Of a stretch of 64,000 nt of DNA, positions 1 through 11,672 are shown piece after piece; the first letter of the stretch is position 1, and each line of letters begins with the position of its first letter. The stretch is taken from NCBI GenBank assembly GCA_965205265.1, contig CBDBGH010000003.1, positions 2,304,001 through 2,368,000 on the forward strand, read 5' to 3'. The notes under the pieces are model-generated. The model did not search any database. It was not told the origin of the DNA and saw only the letters and a list, made by a program, of their open reading frames with translations. This DNA comes from Alphaproteobacteria bacterium. GTDB lineage: Bacteria; Pseudomonadota; Alphaproteobacteria; Bin95. Position numbers and translations under genes: made by a program.

Positions 1-950
1 CTGGCGTAGGGGGTCTTGCCGATCCTGACCTCGACCCTCTCGTCGACGGGGGGCCGGTCGTCGGGCAGCGCCATCAGGGAGCCGCGCTCGCGCTCGAAGG
101 CCTCGCGCACGGTGAGGGAGCGGTCGTCCGGCCAGCGACGGTCGGCGGCGACGCCGTCGCACCAGGCGCGGGCCCGGGCGTTCAGGTCGTCGAGGTCGCG
201 CCAGGCGCGGGCGGCGAAGAAGTTGTCGCGCACATAGCGTATGGCGCGCTCCACGCGCCCCTTCTCGTTGCCGCGCGCGACCGCGACCGGCTTGGGCAGG
301 AAGCGGTAGCGGGCGGCGAAGTCGAGGAGCCGGGGGTTGAACCGGATGGCGTCGCCCTGGCGCTCCAGCACGACGCTCTTCAGGTTGTCGTACCATAGCT
401 CGCGGGGCACGCCCTGCCAGGCCTCGAAGGCCTCGACATGGCCGCGCAGGAAGTTGTCCATCGCGGCATTGAGGTAGAAGTGCAGGAAGATGCGGCGCGA
501 GTAGCTCAGCACCATCACGAAGCCCATCAGCGGGCGCTCCGCGCGCCCGATCCTCACCTTGCCGAAGTGGGCCCAGTCCACCTGGGCCAGCTCGCCGGGC
601 AGGGTCTTGAGGCGCAGATAGGCCTCGGCCACAGGCCGCGGGCGCTCCGGCGCGATCATGCGCCGGAAGTGGCTCTGGCTGCCCCGGTAGCCGCGCTCGA
701 CCGCCATCTGGTAGAGCCGGCTGGCTGGCAGCCTGGGCCAGACCGCCAGGGTCTGGCGGATGAAGGGCCGGAACGGATCGATCATCGAAGCCCTGCGCCG
801 CCTCTCACGCGCGGGCGCCCCGGCGGCCGCTACCGCGCGCTCGACCGTGCCGTGGTGGACGCCGAGCTGGCGCGCGATCGTGCCGATCCTCCACTTCTCG
901 GCAAAATACAGCCGCTGGATCTCGGCACGGGTCTGCTTGTCGATCGCCAT
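1..950 (-). CDS. istA: IS21 transposase IstA, 5' part (partial)
   Basis: Mirror of 37045-37994: [36 protein letters not shown] motifs. Confidence 0.92.
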   Translation of the reverse strand, partial: MAIDKQTRAEIQRLYFAEKWRIGTIARQLGVHHGTVERAVAAAGAPARERRRRASMIDPFRPFIRQTLAVWPRLPASRLYQMAVERGYRGSQSHFRRMIAPERPRPVAEAYLRLKTLPGELAQVDWAHFGKVRIGRAERPLMGFVMVLSYSRRIFLHFYLNAAMDNFLRGHVEAFEAWQGVPRELWYDNLKSVVLERQGDAIRFNPRLLDFAARYRFLPKPVAVARGNEKGRVERAIRYVRDNFFAARAWRDLDDLNARARAWCDGVAADRRWPDDRSLTVREAFERERGSLMALPDDRPPVDERVEVRIGKTPYA

Positions 951-951
951 C

Positions 952-1386
952 TCACTCCCTTCGCGCCTGGCGCAGGCCCGGATAGACCGCCAGGCCGCAG
1001 AACCGACCGCAGCGCTCGCAGCGGAACACCCGGGCGGGACGGTCGGGCCCGAAGGGCCGGGTTCCGGACCGCCCCGCCGGTATGCGCGCCACATCAGGAC
1101 GCCGGCGCGCGACGGTCAAAGGGTGATGCGTCACTTTCTGCGCGATGGCCCGAACTGCCGGCTGCCGCACACGGCGCCGTTCGCGGTAGCGCCGCTGGCG
1201 CTCGGCATGCTTGTGACGGCCCCGGCGGCTGTTCTGGTAGCGCTGCCCCGCAAGGCGCACCGACCGACGCCGCGCCCGCCCGCTGCAACGCGGCGAACAG
1301 TAGATATGGCCAGAGTCGCAGCGCCGGCAGAGAACCACCTGGCGGCGGCACAGGGCGCAGGTGAACAGGCGGGCGGCGTTCCTCAT
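952..1386 (-). CDS. Cys-rich putative Zn-finger passenger protein of IS21
   Basis: CxxC-rich (CALC...CRRC...YCSPRC...CERCGRFC); same as 36609-37043. Confidence 0.7.
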   Translation of the reverse strand: MRNAARLFTCALCRRQVVLCRRCDSGHIYCSPRCSGRARRRSVRLAGQRYQNSRRGRHKHAERQRRYRERRRVRQPAVRAIAQKVTHHPLTVARRRPDVARIPAGRSGTRPFGPDRPARVFRCERCGRFCGLAVYPGLRQARRE

Positions 1387-1768
1387 CGCGACCGATGAGA
1401 ACGGGGTGGACCCACGCCCGGACGCGCACGATACTGCGCTTCCGGGCCGCGCCTTGCATGGCTCGGGGGGTGCGGCGCCGGTCGTTGCCACCAAGCCAAC
1501 GGGGCCGGCGCCGCATCGTTCTCAGAAGCCCCAGTCTACCCCCTGCCGCAGCCCGGGAACGGCCAACCCGGTCGCCAGGACGTCGCCGCCCTCCGGGAGG
1601 CGAAAATCTCAACGCGACGGGGGCCGAGGACTCCGGTCGGGCTACGCCCTCCTTCCGTCCTCGGCCCCCGTCATAAACCCGGCCGCGCCTGTCTCACGCT
1701 GTTTGTCGTGCGCACCACAAAAGCGCGCTACGCCAGCAAATATGCGCCCTTTATGATAATCACCGACA

Positions 1769-2589
1769 ATCACATGGACGAACTTGTTCGTGAGAATGAC
1801 CTAGGCCTGTCCGAGCGCCTAGCCGTTGGCATGAAGCGTATGCTCTTTGCCGCCCGAGAAAGGGACGTCGCGACCGTAAAGAATACAATGGCGGAATTGA
1901 GCCGGGTTCTCCCGCAGACGCCGCAACACCTTCGTGTAGCGAAGTACAACTATGCCCACGCACTGTTTGAACTGGGAATAATGGACGAGTGCACTTCTAG
2001 CACCCTTGACCTGATCGCTGAATATTACGACCTACTTGGCCTCAGGTTGGCCGATGTGATGGGCAACAATCCTGATCAGATATTTCCGCTGCTAAACGGC
2101 GATGACGATCAGACAACCAATCTCAAGCACCTGGCCGACGCCCTCGACCTTCAATCAAAGGCCGTCAGGGCATCCGGAAACAATCCTGGTTTGGCTCCTA
2201 TCCACGCGATGAAGTTCTATTCGATGGCTCAAGCGCTCGATTCCTTCGTCAGAGTCGGACAAGAGCTCGTCGACGATTTCGTAGCCCGAAACGACTACAT
2301 CGGCGCTCGTGATGTCATCGAGCGCAATTTGATGCCGACAATTGTGAGGTTGAAGTTTGCCGGACGCGTCATTCCGGTCCGCAGCCAGTACGCCGTCATC
2401 CTCGCCTATTGTGGAGCTTTCGACGAGGCCGACGCTGAAATGGCACGATTGGCGCCCTATCAGCAAGGATTGGACGCGCGGGGCCAGTTGGAGCTGCAGA
2501 ACCAGCGAGCCTTGATAGAACATCTGAGGGCGAATCCGCCGCCGCCACAGAGGGAGATGCCTCCTCAACTTGGAGGCCCAAGAAAGTAG
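1769..2589 (+). pseudogene. 3' part of a helical (TPR-like) hypothetical gene cut by IS21
   Basis: Open frame continues up to the IS21 end at 1768; lower GC; YNYAHALFELG looks like a TPR helix. Confidence 0.6.
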
Positions 2590-2610
2590 CGGGCGCGCCG
2601 TCTACATTCG

Positions 2611-3069
2611 CTAGGAAGCGATCCATCGACGCAAAAAGTAATCGGTCTCTTTTCGGCTTTTGCAATGGTAGGTCTTACGTATCATTTTTCGCAGCGTTTC
2701 GCCTCGTGGCCCATGTCGTTCTTCGCCCTGCAAGAGGTCAACGCTGGCCAACTCCTCGGCCGAGAAGCCGCCCATCGGCATAGGGTTGATGGTCCAGATC
2801 TCTCCCAAACTTGCGACAGCGCCGTTTGAAAACTCGATACGCTCGAGCACGCTAGGTAGATGGCTTTCGAGCCCGTAGTACCGGGCAGCGCCAACCTTCG
2901 TGCTCACTTTGACGTCTATGAACGGCTTTCGCCTGTAGAAGGTAACGTCTGTCGGCTGCCCAGATGTCGAAAGCATCGTCAGCGTGTGCATCAGCATCCC
3001 TTCACGAGAGCCGAAATGCTGCTTGAGCCGCTTGACCGCCTCTTGTGGGGTAATGTCCTGCGTCATCAT
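2611..3069 (-). CDS. Hypothetical protein (152 aa)
   Basis: Lower-GC ORF with protein-like composition; no motif recognised. Confidence 0.65.
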   Translation of the reverse strand: MMTQDITPQEAVKRLKQHFGSREGMLMHTLTMLSTSGQPTDVTFYRRKPFIDVKVSTKVGAARYYGLESHLPSVLERIEFSNGAVASLGEIWTINPMPMGGFSAEELASVDLLQGEERHGPRGETLRKMIRKTYHCKSRKETDYFLRRWIAS

Positions 3070-3210
3070 ATTTCTCGGTTCAGCCTAAAACGTATCCTCG
3101 TCACATAACTGCAAAGTCGAAGTGCGCGTCGAGATGGCGATCAAACGTACGGGCTACAGAGTCCGATCCACTTGATGGGGAATCCGGTCTGACTTGACGG
3201 GTGATCCAGC

Positions 3211-3262
3211 TGTCAATGGCAGCCGAAAATTGCGCATTTTTTGCAATCGGAAATTTCTCACT
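3211..3262 (+). mobile_element. Orphan IS21-like terminal sequence
   Basis: TGTCAATGGCAGCCGAAAATTGCGCA...CGGAAATTTCTCA: TG start with tandem imperfect repeats, no transposase behind it. Confidence 0.5.
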
Positions 3263-3582
3263 TCGACCATTGACCCCTTCGCCGATCCGTCGACGTTACC
3301 GCACTTCGCGCACTTTTCAGTTGATGCGACGCGAAATCCTGTTGCGCAAGTTGGGCGGCGAGGGCGCCGTGAGATAACGCCGCCCACTGGAGGTGAGGCT
3401 CCTGCCGCCGGGACCGACCTGGATCAGATCGAGACGGGTCAAGTATTCCGATAGGATCACGAAGTCCGCCCGGTTGGAGATTCCGAGCGCCCGGCGGATT
3501 TCCTCTTCCGCCGAAGCGCCGCGGGTTCTCAGCAGCTTGAGATATTCGATATGCCCAGTGGACAGGCCGTTCTGATCGACGC

Positions 3583-4704
3583 CTAGTGTCCTGATTCTGA
3601 AGTTTTGATGATTTTCATCTGGCGTTCGGCAGTTTCCAGCGTCCGCAGACAGAAGCGCTTGATGGTGGCAAGGATGTCGTCGGCGGATTTGGTCCAGCGG
3701 AAGGGTCGCGGGTCGGCGTTGACGGTGTCGATGTAGTTCCGGATGGCCTGCTCGAGTTCCTGGGGCGAGCGATGAACCCCGCGCCTGAGCTGTTTCTCGG
3801 TCAAGAGTGCGAAGAAGCGCTCGACCTGGTTGAGCCAGGAGGCGCCGGTGGGCGTGAAGTGGACATGCCAGCGGGGATGCCGGGCCAGCCAACGCCGGAC
3901 GGCGGGCGTCTTGTGGGTTGCGTAGTTGTCCATCACCAGATGGACGTCGAGTTCGCCGGGGACCTGGGCTTCGAGCGTGCGCAGGAACTTGAGGAACTCC
4001 CGGCTGCGGTGGCGCGGCAAGCACTGGCCGATGACCCGGCCGGTGGCGATGTCCAGCGCCGCGAACAGCGTGGTGGTGCCATGGCGCGTGTAGTCATGAG
4101 TACGCCGCTCGACCTGACCCGGCCGCATGGGAAGCAGCGGGCGGGAGCGGTCCAGAGCTTGGATCTGGCTCTTCTCATCGACGCAGAGCACCAGCGCGCG
4201 CTCGGGCGGGTCGAGATAGAGGCCGACAATGTCCCGCACCTTCTCCACAAACAGTGGGTCCGACGACAGCTTGAACGTCTCCGAGCGATGCGGCTGCAGG
4301 CCGAAAGCCTGCCAGATGCGATGGATCGTCGAGGGCGCATAGCCTGCAGCGCGCGCCATCGAGCGCAGGCTCCAATGCGTGCCGTCGGGGGGTGTTTCTT
4401 CCAGGGTGCGGGCAATGACCTCCGCAACCTCCTCGTCACCGATCTTGCGCGGAGCGCCCGGGCGCGGCTCGTCATAGAGCCCGTCAAGCCCGCGCTCGGC
4501 AAAACGCCGCCGCCATTTGCCGACCGTATTCGCATCCGCTCCCAAGCGCGCAACTATCGCCTTGTTCTCCAGACCCTCAGCAGCAGCCAGGACAATCCGA
4601 GCCCGACGCGCCAGTCCCTGCGCCGTCTTCCGACGCCGCGCCAAACCCTCCAACTCTCGTCGTTCTGCTGCCGACAAAGTAATCGCGACCGCTGCTCTCC
4701 CCAC
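3583..4704 (-). CDS. IS630 transposase
   Basis: HTH N-terminus; [31 protein letters not shown] motifs. Confidence 0.95.
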   Translation of the reverse strand: MGRAAVAITLSAAERRELEGLARRRKTAQGLARRARIVLAAAEGLENKAIVARLGADANTVGKWRRRFAERGLDGLYDEPRPGAPRKIGDEEVAEVIARTLEETPPDGTHWSLRSMARAAGYAPSTIHRIWQAFGLQPHRSETFKLSSDPLFVEKVRDIVGLYLDPPERALVLCVDEKSQIQALDRSRPLLPMRPGQVERRTHDYTRHGTTTLFAALDIATGRVIGQCLPRHRSREFLKFLRTLEAQVPGELDVHLVMDNYATHKTPAVRRWLARHPRWHVHFTPTGASWLNQVERFFALLTEKQLRRGVHRSPQELEQAIRNYIDTVNADPRPFRWTKSADDILATIKRFCLRTLETAERQMKIIKTSESGH

Positions 4705-4763
4705 CGGTCAGCCCTCCATCAAAACCGATAATCTTATTCTAATAAACTTCTCGATCAGGATAC
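3586..4763 (-). mobile_element. IS630-family element
   Basis: Inverted repeats GTGTCCTGATTCTGAAGTTT / GTATCCTGATCGAGAAGTTT; TA duplication within CTAG (3583-3586, 4763-4766). Confidence 0.93.
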
Positions 4764-7700
4764 TAGCGTGTCTTCGAACCACCGCGCGACCGCGGTCACG
4801 TCCATCAGGTTCGCCACTTCCTCCCGCGTCGGAACCCGTCCCAGCGTCTCCTCGGCCCTGCCGTAGAAGCTTGCCACCAGCGGTTCGAGAATGTTGACGC
4901 TCGGTCGCGGGCTGCACTGCATGCGCGCGGCGATTTCCAGGCAGGTCTCGCGGCTCAGCCCTGATCGTCCAAGCTTGTCGACAGACCGGAGCCATACGAT
5001 CCCGGCCATCTCGTCCAGCGTGTACGACCGCAGAACCGTCTTGTCCGGGCGGCTCTGAAACGCCTCCGAAAGCTTGCCCGGGTCCGTCGTCGCGAGAAGG
5101 AACACGACGCCCTCGAAACTGTAGACGACGTTGCCGATCGTCGTGCTGCGCCGCTCGTCCAGGGCGCTGAGCAACACCGTGGCGACCTGGCTTGCGACCG
5201 CGTGCACCTCGTCGATGAAGATCAGGCAGGGATCGACGTCCACGTCGCCAGCCGGATCGGCCGGCAGCTTTCCCGCCTCCACGAGACGCTCGACGATCAT
5301 TTCCGGTCGGCGGAGGTCGGCACCGTTGAATATGATCGGTTCCAGTTGAAGCAGCCGCTCGGCGATCCTGCGGGCAAGCGTAGTCTTTCCGACACCGGCG
5401 GGCCCGACGAACAACTTGTCGAGGAACCTTTCGCCCCAGCCCTTGGCCTTCCGCGCTTGATTATCCAACTCTTGGGCGATTTCGTACTGGCCGACCATGC
5501 CAAGCGCATTCACCTGGGGCGGCCAGGTCGCCTCCCCTCCTGTGCTTCCCACGCCATCGGTTTCCATCACCTGGCCGACCGGTCTCCAATCGGCCGGCGC
5601 GCCGGTTCTGTTCGTATCGCCGCTATCAACCGCTGCGCCGGCTCTCGACGAAAACGCTTCACCTCCGCTCGACTCACTTGCCGCTCTCGTGCCCCTCCCA
5701 TCTGTCGGCGATTCCGGTCCCGCTCCAGCCGCACGGTCGCCCGGGGCCGCGTCCTCGCCTGCAGGCGATGCCTGGCCTTCGCCGGGCGACCCGTCCGGAT
5801 TCTCTTCGCTTCCGTCGGAATCGGCGCTCCCCGGCGGCGCCTCGCTCATGAAATCATTTCCGAATAACTCCTCGGCCGCCGTTTCGGTGATGGTCCGGAC
5901 TGACATCCGGATCCGCCTACCTCGCATCGGCGTCACCTGGGACGGTTCCGTCGACCTCAGCTTTACGAGGACGACTTCGCCATCGACCCGCACGACTGGC
6001 GGTTCGGCGGCGCCGCCGAACAGGTCCTTGAGCAGCGGCCCCCAGATCTTACGTTGCTCGACATCGTCCTTCTCGGCGCCCCAGCGATTGGATGCCGCCC
6101 TGACCAGGACTTCCTTCAGCATCTCCGACCGCGGTGCCGCGAACGGCCCGGTTCCGCTGACCGCGTTCGAGAGCACGTCGGCCGTTCGCTCAATCTGATC
6201 GGCCCCGTGATCAACCACTGCGCTCTCGTCCGCCAACTCCGCTTCGCCGGTGGTCTTGACTTCGATACAGGTGATCCGGAACGAGCCGTCCGCCTCTCGA
6301 CGCACCGCGATCAGGTCGCAGCGCTTGCCGCTGCCTGCCGGCCCCAGCTTCAGCCAGAGCCGCGCGATCGGCCCATCCACCGATGCGACCAGTGCATCCG
6401 GATCTTCGCTTCGCACATACCGAGCGGCGAGCAGCATGCCCACGAATCCGAGCACGGACGCCTTGTCGGGCTGTCCGGACTGCTTTTTGATCATCTCCAG
6501 CAGTCCGGCACCGACGAGGTTAACGCCCTGCCGCAGAACGTCGCGAAGGCCCTCGTTCGTGATCGTGAGGTTGCAGTTGCTGAACGCGGCGTACATCAAC
6601 GTCGACAGCCGGCCGTAGTCCGCTGCGCTCAGCAGCACCTGGCGATGCCCGTCCTTTCGTTGCAGAAGCCGAATCGACTGCATGCCGCTTTCCGGCGGCA
6701 ATGCACGGTCCGCCAGCAGTACCCAGTGCGCCGCCGGCCGCTCACCAAACAGTAGCCCGTCGATCGTTGAGCGCAGACGATCGGCGTCCGCGGACGCGAC
6801 CATCGTGCTGTCCCGTTGCTCTTGCTCGAACTCGTGAATCATGAGCACAAAGTCCGAGAAGGGCGGCTCGCCCGGATGTGGGCTCAGGCTGATGTCGCCC
6901 AGCATGCTGTCCACGACGATCTCGTTGCGGACGCAGAACGGACTCATCGGAAGCAGCCGTTCGACCCGCCGGCGCCGAACCGAGATCGAGGATTCGTCGA
7001 AGATCGCCACCAAGTGCTGAGGACGCTTGCTCAGCACCTGCTGCACCAGCCGTTCCAAGTCCTCATGCGTGTCGGACTCGACACGGAGATCGAGCCGCCC
7101 CGCGGAAACCTTCTCGTAGACTAGGTCCTGCGCGCGCCCTTCCAGCGTGGACGCAGCCATCAGCCGGTCCCGATGTCCGGTCGTGGCTACCACGGTCACA
7201 TCAAGCGCAGGGAGACGCCTCCGATTGTTCCCCCGCTCGTTCAGCAACTTCGTCAGGCGTTCCATCAGCCTCGCTGGTTCCGGCGGGTTGACCAGCGTCA
7301 GGCGAAGCGGCCGCGGATGGTTGGGATAGAGCATCACGAAGTGATCGAGCGCGAGCACCAGCGTCTCCATCCCGTCGGCGCTGCTCACCGCATTGTGCAG
7401 GTTCTCGAACGTGACCAGACCGCCGATGGTGCTGGCGACCGGCAGGAGCTGGTTGAGCCCTCGACCCTTCGGCGTCGCGCCGGTTCTGATCACGCCGAGG
7501 AAATGCTGCGGCCGGTTCAGCTCCTCGATGACGACCTTCCTGTCGCTTTCGGACATCGGGCCGGCCTGCGAGAGATCGCGGAGAATTTCACCAAGACGCT
7601 GATACCGCCATAAATGTAGGGGGTGCAGCGGCAGCATCACCGCCTTGGCGCTGACTTCCCCATCCGGTCCCGAGATACGGACTTGCACCAAGTCAAGCGC

Positions 7701-10496
7701 CAGGATCGCGTCCAGCGTCGCCTGGGCCCACTCGCGCGACTCGTCCCAGACGGCTCGATAGTGCTTTTGAACCGCCTTGTAGAGTTCGGTCGTTACCTCA
7801 AGGTAGCGCTTGCAGCTGGCCCGTGTTTCCGAATGGGTGTCGAGCCATTCGCGAGGGTGGACGAAAAGGGGCCGCACGTCCTTCACGAGCTGCTCGCGCG
7901 CAGCAATGAAATCGCGCCACATCGCAACGATCGGGCGCGGACAGGCTTCCGCAACTGCATCCACTCTGTCCCATCCCGCAAGCAGGGCCTCGATGGAGTA
8001 TGGGACCCCGTTGTGTCTCCAGACCGCCTCCGGTTCTAGGAATACCGGATTGAACTCGGTATGGCGCGCCAGCGCCTGCCGCAGGTCGCCGACATCGGTC
8101 TCGATGACCCCGCCAAAGCGGTCCGCATCGCAAAACTCGGTAACCCACTCGATGACCTTGGGGTCCACCCGTTCGTCGAGCTTGGCCACGCCCCTGCTGG
8201 TATCCTGATTGGCCGCTAGCCGGTCGCCGTTCTGTCCGAACTCCTCCCATGCTTCCTCAAGCGCCTCGCCAATAGCCGCAAGGTCTTCGTCGCGCCCCTC
8301 CAGCAGCGCGTCCACGGCCATGTCACGCAGACCGGGATCGTCTTCCTCCTCCTCCGAATCGTCGTCATCGCCCGGTTCGTCGAAATCGTCCGGTTCGTCG
8401 GCCTGCCCGCCCCGCGTCGGTCCCGGGTCCGACGGCAAGGTGACGAGACGCTCCGCATCCGCCAGCGTCAAGCCCGCATCCGCCTCGCCCCGCCGATAGG
8501 CTCCCAGACGGTCGAGGGCCCCGGTCACCAGTTCCGCCGTCTTCGCGTCCTTGTAACCGGTCGCTCGCACACGCAGCTTCCTGATATCCCCCGGCGACAT
8601 GATGGTCACGCGTTCCCCGACCCGCAGATTCTCTTCGAGCCGCTTCGCCAGATCCTTCGCCTCGAACAGTTTCGGATCGCGGAGCAGTCCCAGAGCGGGG
8701 AGCATGTCGCGCGGCGCTCCGATTGCGCCGTCGGGCGCTGTGTTCCAGTCGGCAAGAAACGCGGCCACGCCTTCCAGGGACCGAACCGCCGACAGCCCCC
8801 GTGCACGGCGCAAGGTCTCCAACAGGAGCCGGTGTGTTGGCGTCGTCGTGAACTCCGAGGCCTTCTCCGCCCATTCGAGCAGAATACCCGCGAGCTCGCT
8901 CGACGACGCGCGCGAGAAGAAGCGCAGGCCATGCACGCTCGGATTGTAGCCGCGCGCCAGCGCGATGATCCTCGGGTGCCCGTCACGATCGTTGCGCCAC
9001 TCGGTTGCGACGTGCAGATCGATCGTCACGCCGGCCAGGCCCCCGAGACCGTTCGCATCCGCCGTCGCCCGTACATCCTCTTCCGTCCCCTCGAACCCGA
9101 CCAGCGCCAGGGAGAAACTTCCGGCTGGCAAGCCTCCCTCCGACAGGGCCCGCAGCAGGCGCGGAATGTCAAACGCCGGAAGTCCCTCCCGCGCAAAATC
9201 GTTTTCGCGCTCCAGTCGCGACAGTATCCAGGCGGCCAATGCCTCGCTGACCAGAGACTCGGGTGTCCTCCGCATCTCAGATCAACTCTTCCGCATCGAT
9301 GGCCACCAACGTCAGGCCGTCGGACGGCTCCACCGCCAGACCCAGCCTCACCAGCAGCGCCTGAAACTCGTCGGCATTTGGGCGCAAGTCTCCATCGTGA
9401 TCGAGAGGCCCGAAGCGGTTCGAACGCAGGACTTCGCCGTCCGAAGCCTCGGCGCCCACCAGGATCGACCAAACGTTTCTCAACTGCTCGGCGAACTCGG
9501 GCAGCCTCAGCACCTCCCCTTCGTCGAGCAGACTGAAGGCGAGGACCCGAAGCGTGTCAGCCTGCAACTCAATATGCTTGTGCTTGGCCACCGCCGAGCG
9601 CGGCTGGACGATGCCGATGCGTACGCCGAGATCGCGGAAGTGCTCATCCAGAACCTGCCGCGCTTCTGCGGAACCGGCGAACACGTTCCAGTCCTCCTCG
9701 CGGACTCCCGACCCGCCATTCGCTGCAAATGCGCGGTCATAGCTCGAGGAAAAGTGATCCAGCGCCCGGGCATAGGTTGCGCGGCTCTGGGACCGAATTC
9801 TCGGATTGCGGCCCTGCAGCGCGTCGACGAGCAGCAGCGGCGACTCGCTACCCTGGCGCATCATGTAAGCGAACAGCCAGCAACAGAGGCCGAGCACCAT
9901 GTACCGCATCGAGTAGTTGGATCGCAGTCTCACCAGATTTGCCGCCAACCGGCTCACCGCGCTCGTGCAGTCTTGCATCCTCGACGCGATCCGGGTCATC
10001 CGGTCTGGATCGATCGGCCCGTAGAGTTCCTCGTGCGGATCCGACCACTCTTCGTGCTCGTCGTCGAGCAGCGGCTCCCCCAAGACGGCCAGCGGCGGTG
10101 GCGGATGCTCCAGCAGCCGCCGGATTCTGCTGAGCGCTTCCCTTCCCTCGGTCGTCGTCTCGAAGACCGAGACGACGAAGCTTCCCGAGTGGCCGTGGTT
10201 CTTCGACCGATTCGAGATGTAGCGGGGCGAGGGGGCGCTGTAGTCGGTACCGAATGTCGAGTACGGCCGAAAGTCCGCGCCAAGCGCCGAGCCGTCATTG
10301 TTATAGGCGGCGTTCAGATGGGCGCGTAGCGAGCGGAACGCCTCCAGATCGACCGCCGGATCCAGTTTCCCGAGGTCGATCAGGCGCGCGCGAAGCCGGT
10401 CGGACGGATACTCGTCTTGACTGTTCCTCGGTGCCGTCTTCGGAACCGACGCCTTGTTCAGGTATTCCAACCGATAGTATCGACCTGTCAATGCTA

Positions 10497-11548
10497 GAGC
10501 GAATTCGCGGGCGATTGAATCGTTGAGGGATTCCCAATTGGCGGATTATGTGATTCACGATGGGGGCTGGTGAAGGAGGCCAGCTCGCATGGCGCAGTCT
10601 CTTTCTGTTGATCTTCGTCGGCGCGTGGTTGCAGCGGTTGAGTCCGGGATGTCGCGTCGGCAGGCTGCGGCGCGTTTTGGCGTCGGGGTGTCGTCTGCGA
10701 TCCGCTGGGTGAGCCAATCGCGCCTGACAGGCGACCTCTCGCCGAAGCCACGCGGCGGTAGCCGTCCAGGGCGCATTGAGGGTCACGGCGATCTGATCAT
10801 GGGGTGGGTTGAGGTGGAGCCCGACCTGACCCTCCAGGAGATCGCGGCCAGGCTTGAGGAGGCGGTCGGCTACCGGCCGCCGCCCAGCGTGGTGCATGGG
10901 TTCTTCAAGCGTCGCGGCATCACGCGCAAAAAAAGACGGCCCATGCTGCCGAGCAGGACCGACCGGACGTCGCACGCCGGCGTCAGGCCTGGTTCGAAGA
11001 CCAGCCCGGGCTCGACCCCGAGCGCCTGATCTTCATCGACGAAAGCGGGACCTCGACCAAGATGGCCCGCATGTATGGCCGGGCTCCCAGGGGCGAGCGT
11101 TGCCGCGCTCCCGTCCCCCATGGTCACTGGAAGACCACCACTTTGGTCGCCGGCCTCACGCTCGACGGCATCCTCGCCCCCATGACCATCGATGGGGCGA
11201 TGACCGGGGCAGCCTTCCTTGCCTATGTCGAACAGGTCCTGGCCCCGACCCTGAGGCCAGGCGACACCGTCATCCTCGACAATCTGCCGGCCCACAAGCC
11301 CATCGCCATCCGAGAAGCTATCGAGGCCACAGGCGCCGGCATCCTGTTCCTGCCGCCCTACAGCCCCGACTTCAACCCCATCGAGATGGCCTTCTCCAAA
11401 ATCAAGGCTCTCCTGAAAAAGGCCGCAGCACGCTCCGTCCATACGCTCTGGGATGCGATCCGCGACGCCATCGATGCTGTCACTCCACAGGACGCCCGAA
11501 GCTTCTTCACTGCATGCGGATATGAACCCAAATGAAACGAATCTGCTC
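10497..11548 (+). mobile_element. IS630-family element (two-ORF, frameshift type)
   Basis: Ends GAGCGAATTCG / GAGCAGATTCG; TA duplication in CTAG (10494-10497, 11548-11551). Confidence 0.9.
10589..11535 (+). CDS. IS630 transposase made by -1 frameshift
   Basis: orf[15 protein letters not shown]; A7G slippery run at 10928-10935; orfB with [23 protein letters not shown]. Confidence 0.9.
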
Positions 11549-11672
11549 TAGGAGAAAACTCGTCGCAAAGTGAACGGGCTTCATGCGGTAGGGCTGGTAG
11601 CCGAGGATCGCGCCGTGCACACGGCGTTCTGCTGCCGTATCCGCCTCCTGCTCCGCCCGGGTCCGCCGTGCC

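Larger units (their letters stand above)
1..1768 (-). mobile_element. IS21-family element with passenger genes, copy 1 (runs off window start)
   Basis: Reverse complement of 36227-37994; left end TGTCGGTGATTATCATAAAGGGCG at 1768. Confidence 0.93.
3317..9275 (-). pseudogene. Giant (~1592 aa reconstructed) protein: long N-terminal region, PD-(D/E)XK nuclease motif, RuvB-type AAA+ ATPase with winged-helix tail; split by IS630
   Basis: CDLIAV..CIEVKT; GPAGVGKTT; IFIDEVH; LATT; AARMQCSPR. Deleting the IS at CTAG joins FEDTL to [11 protein letters not shown]...LIQVGPGGRSLT in frame, matching the RuvB C-terminal pattern. Confidence 0.85.

Noticed and set aside
3317-4024. 235-aa ORF
   Set aside because: Off-frame IS630 sequence fused to the real 88-aa RuvB-like tail
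4755-5520. Housekeeping ruvB
   Set aside because: Fused to a ~1250-aa N-terminal region, divergent, and no ruvA or ruvC nearby
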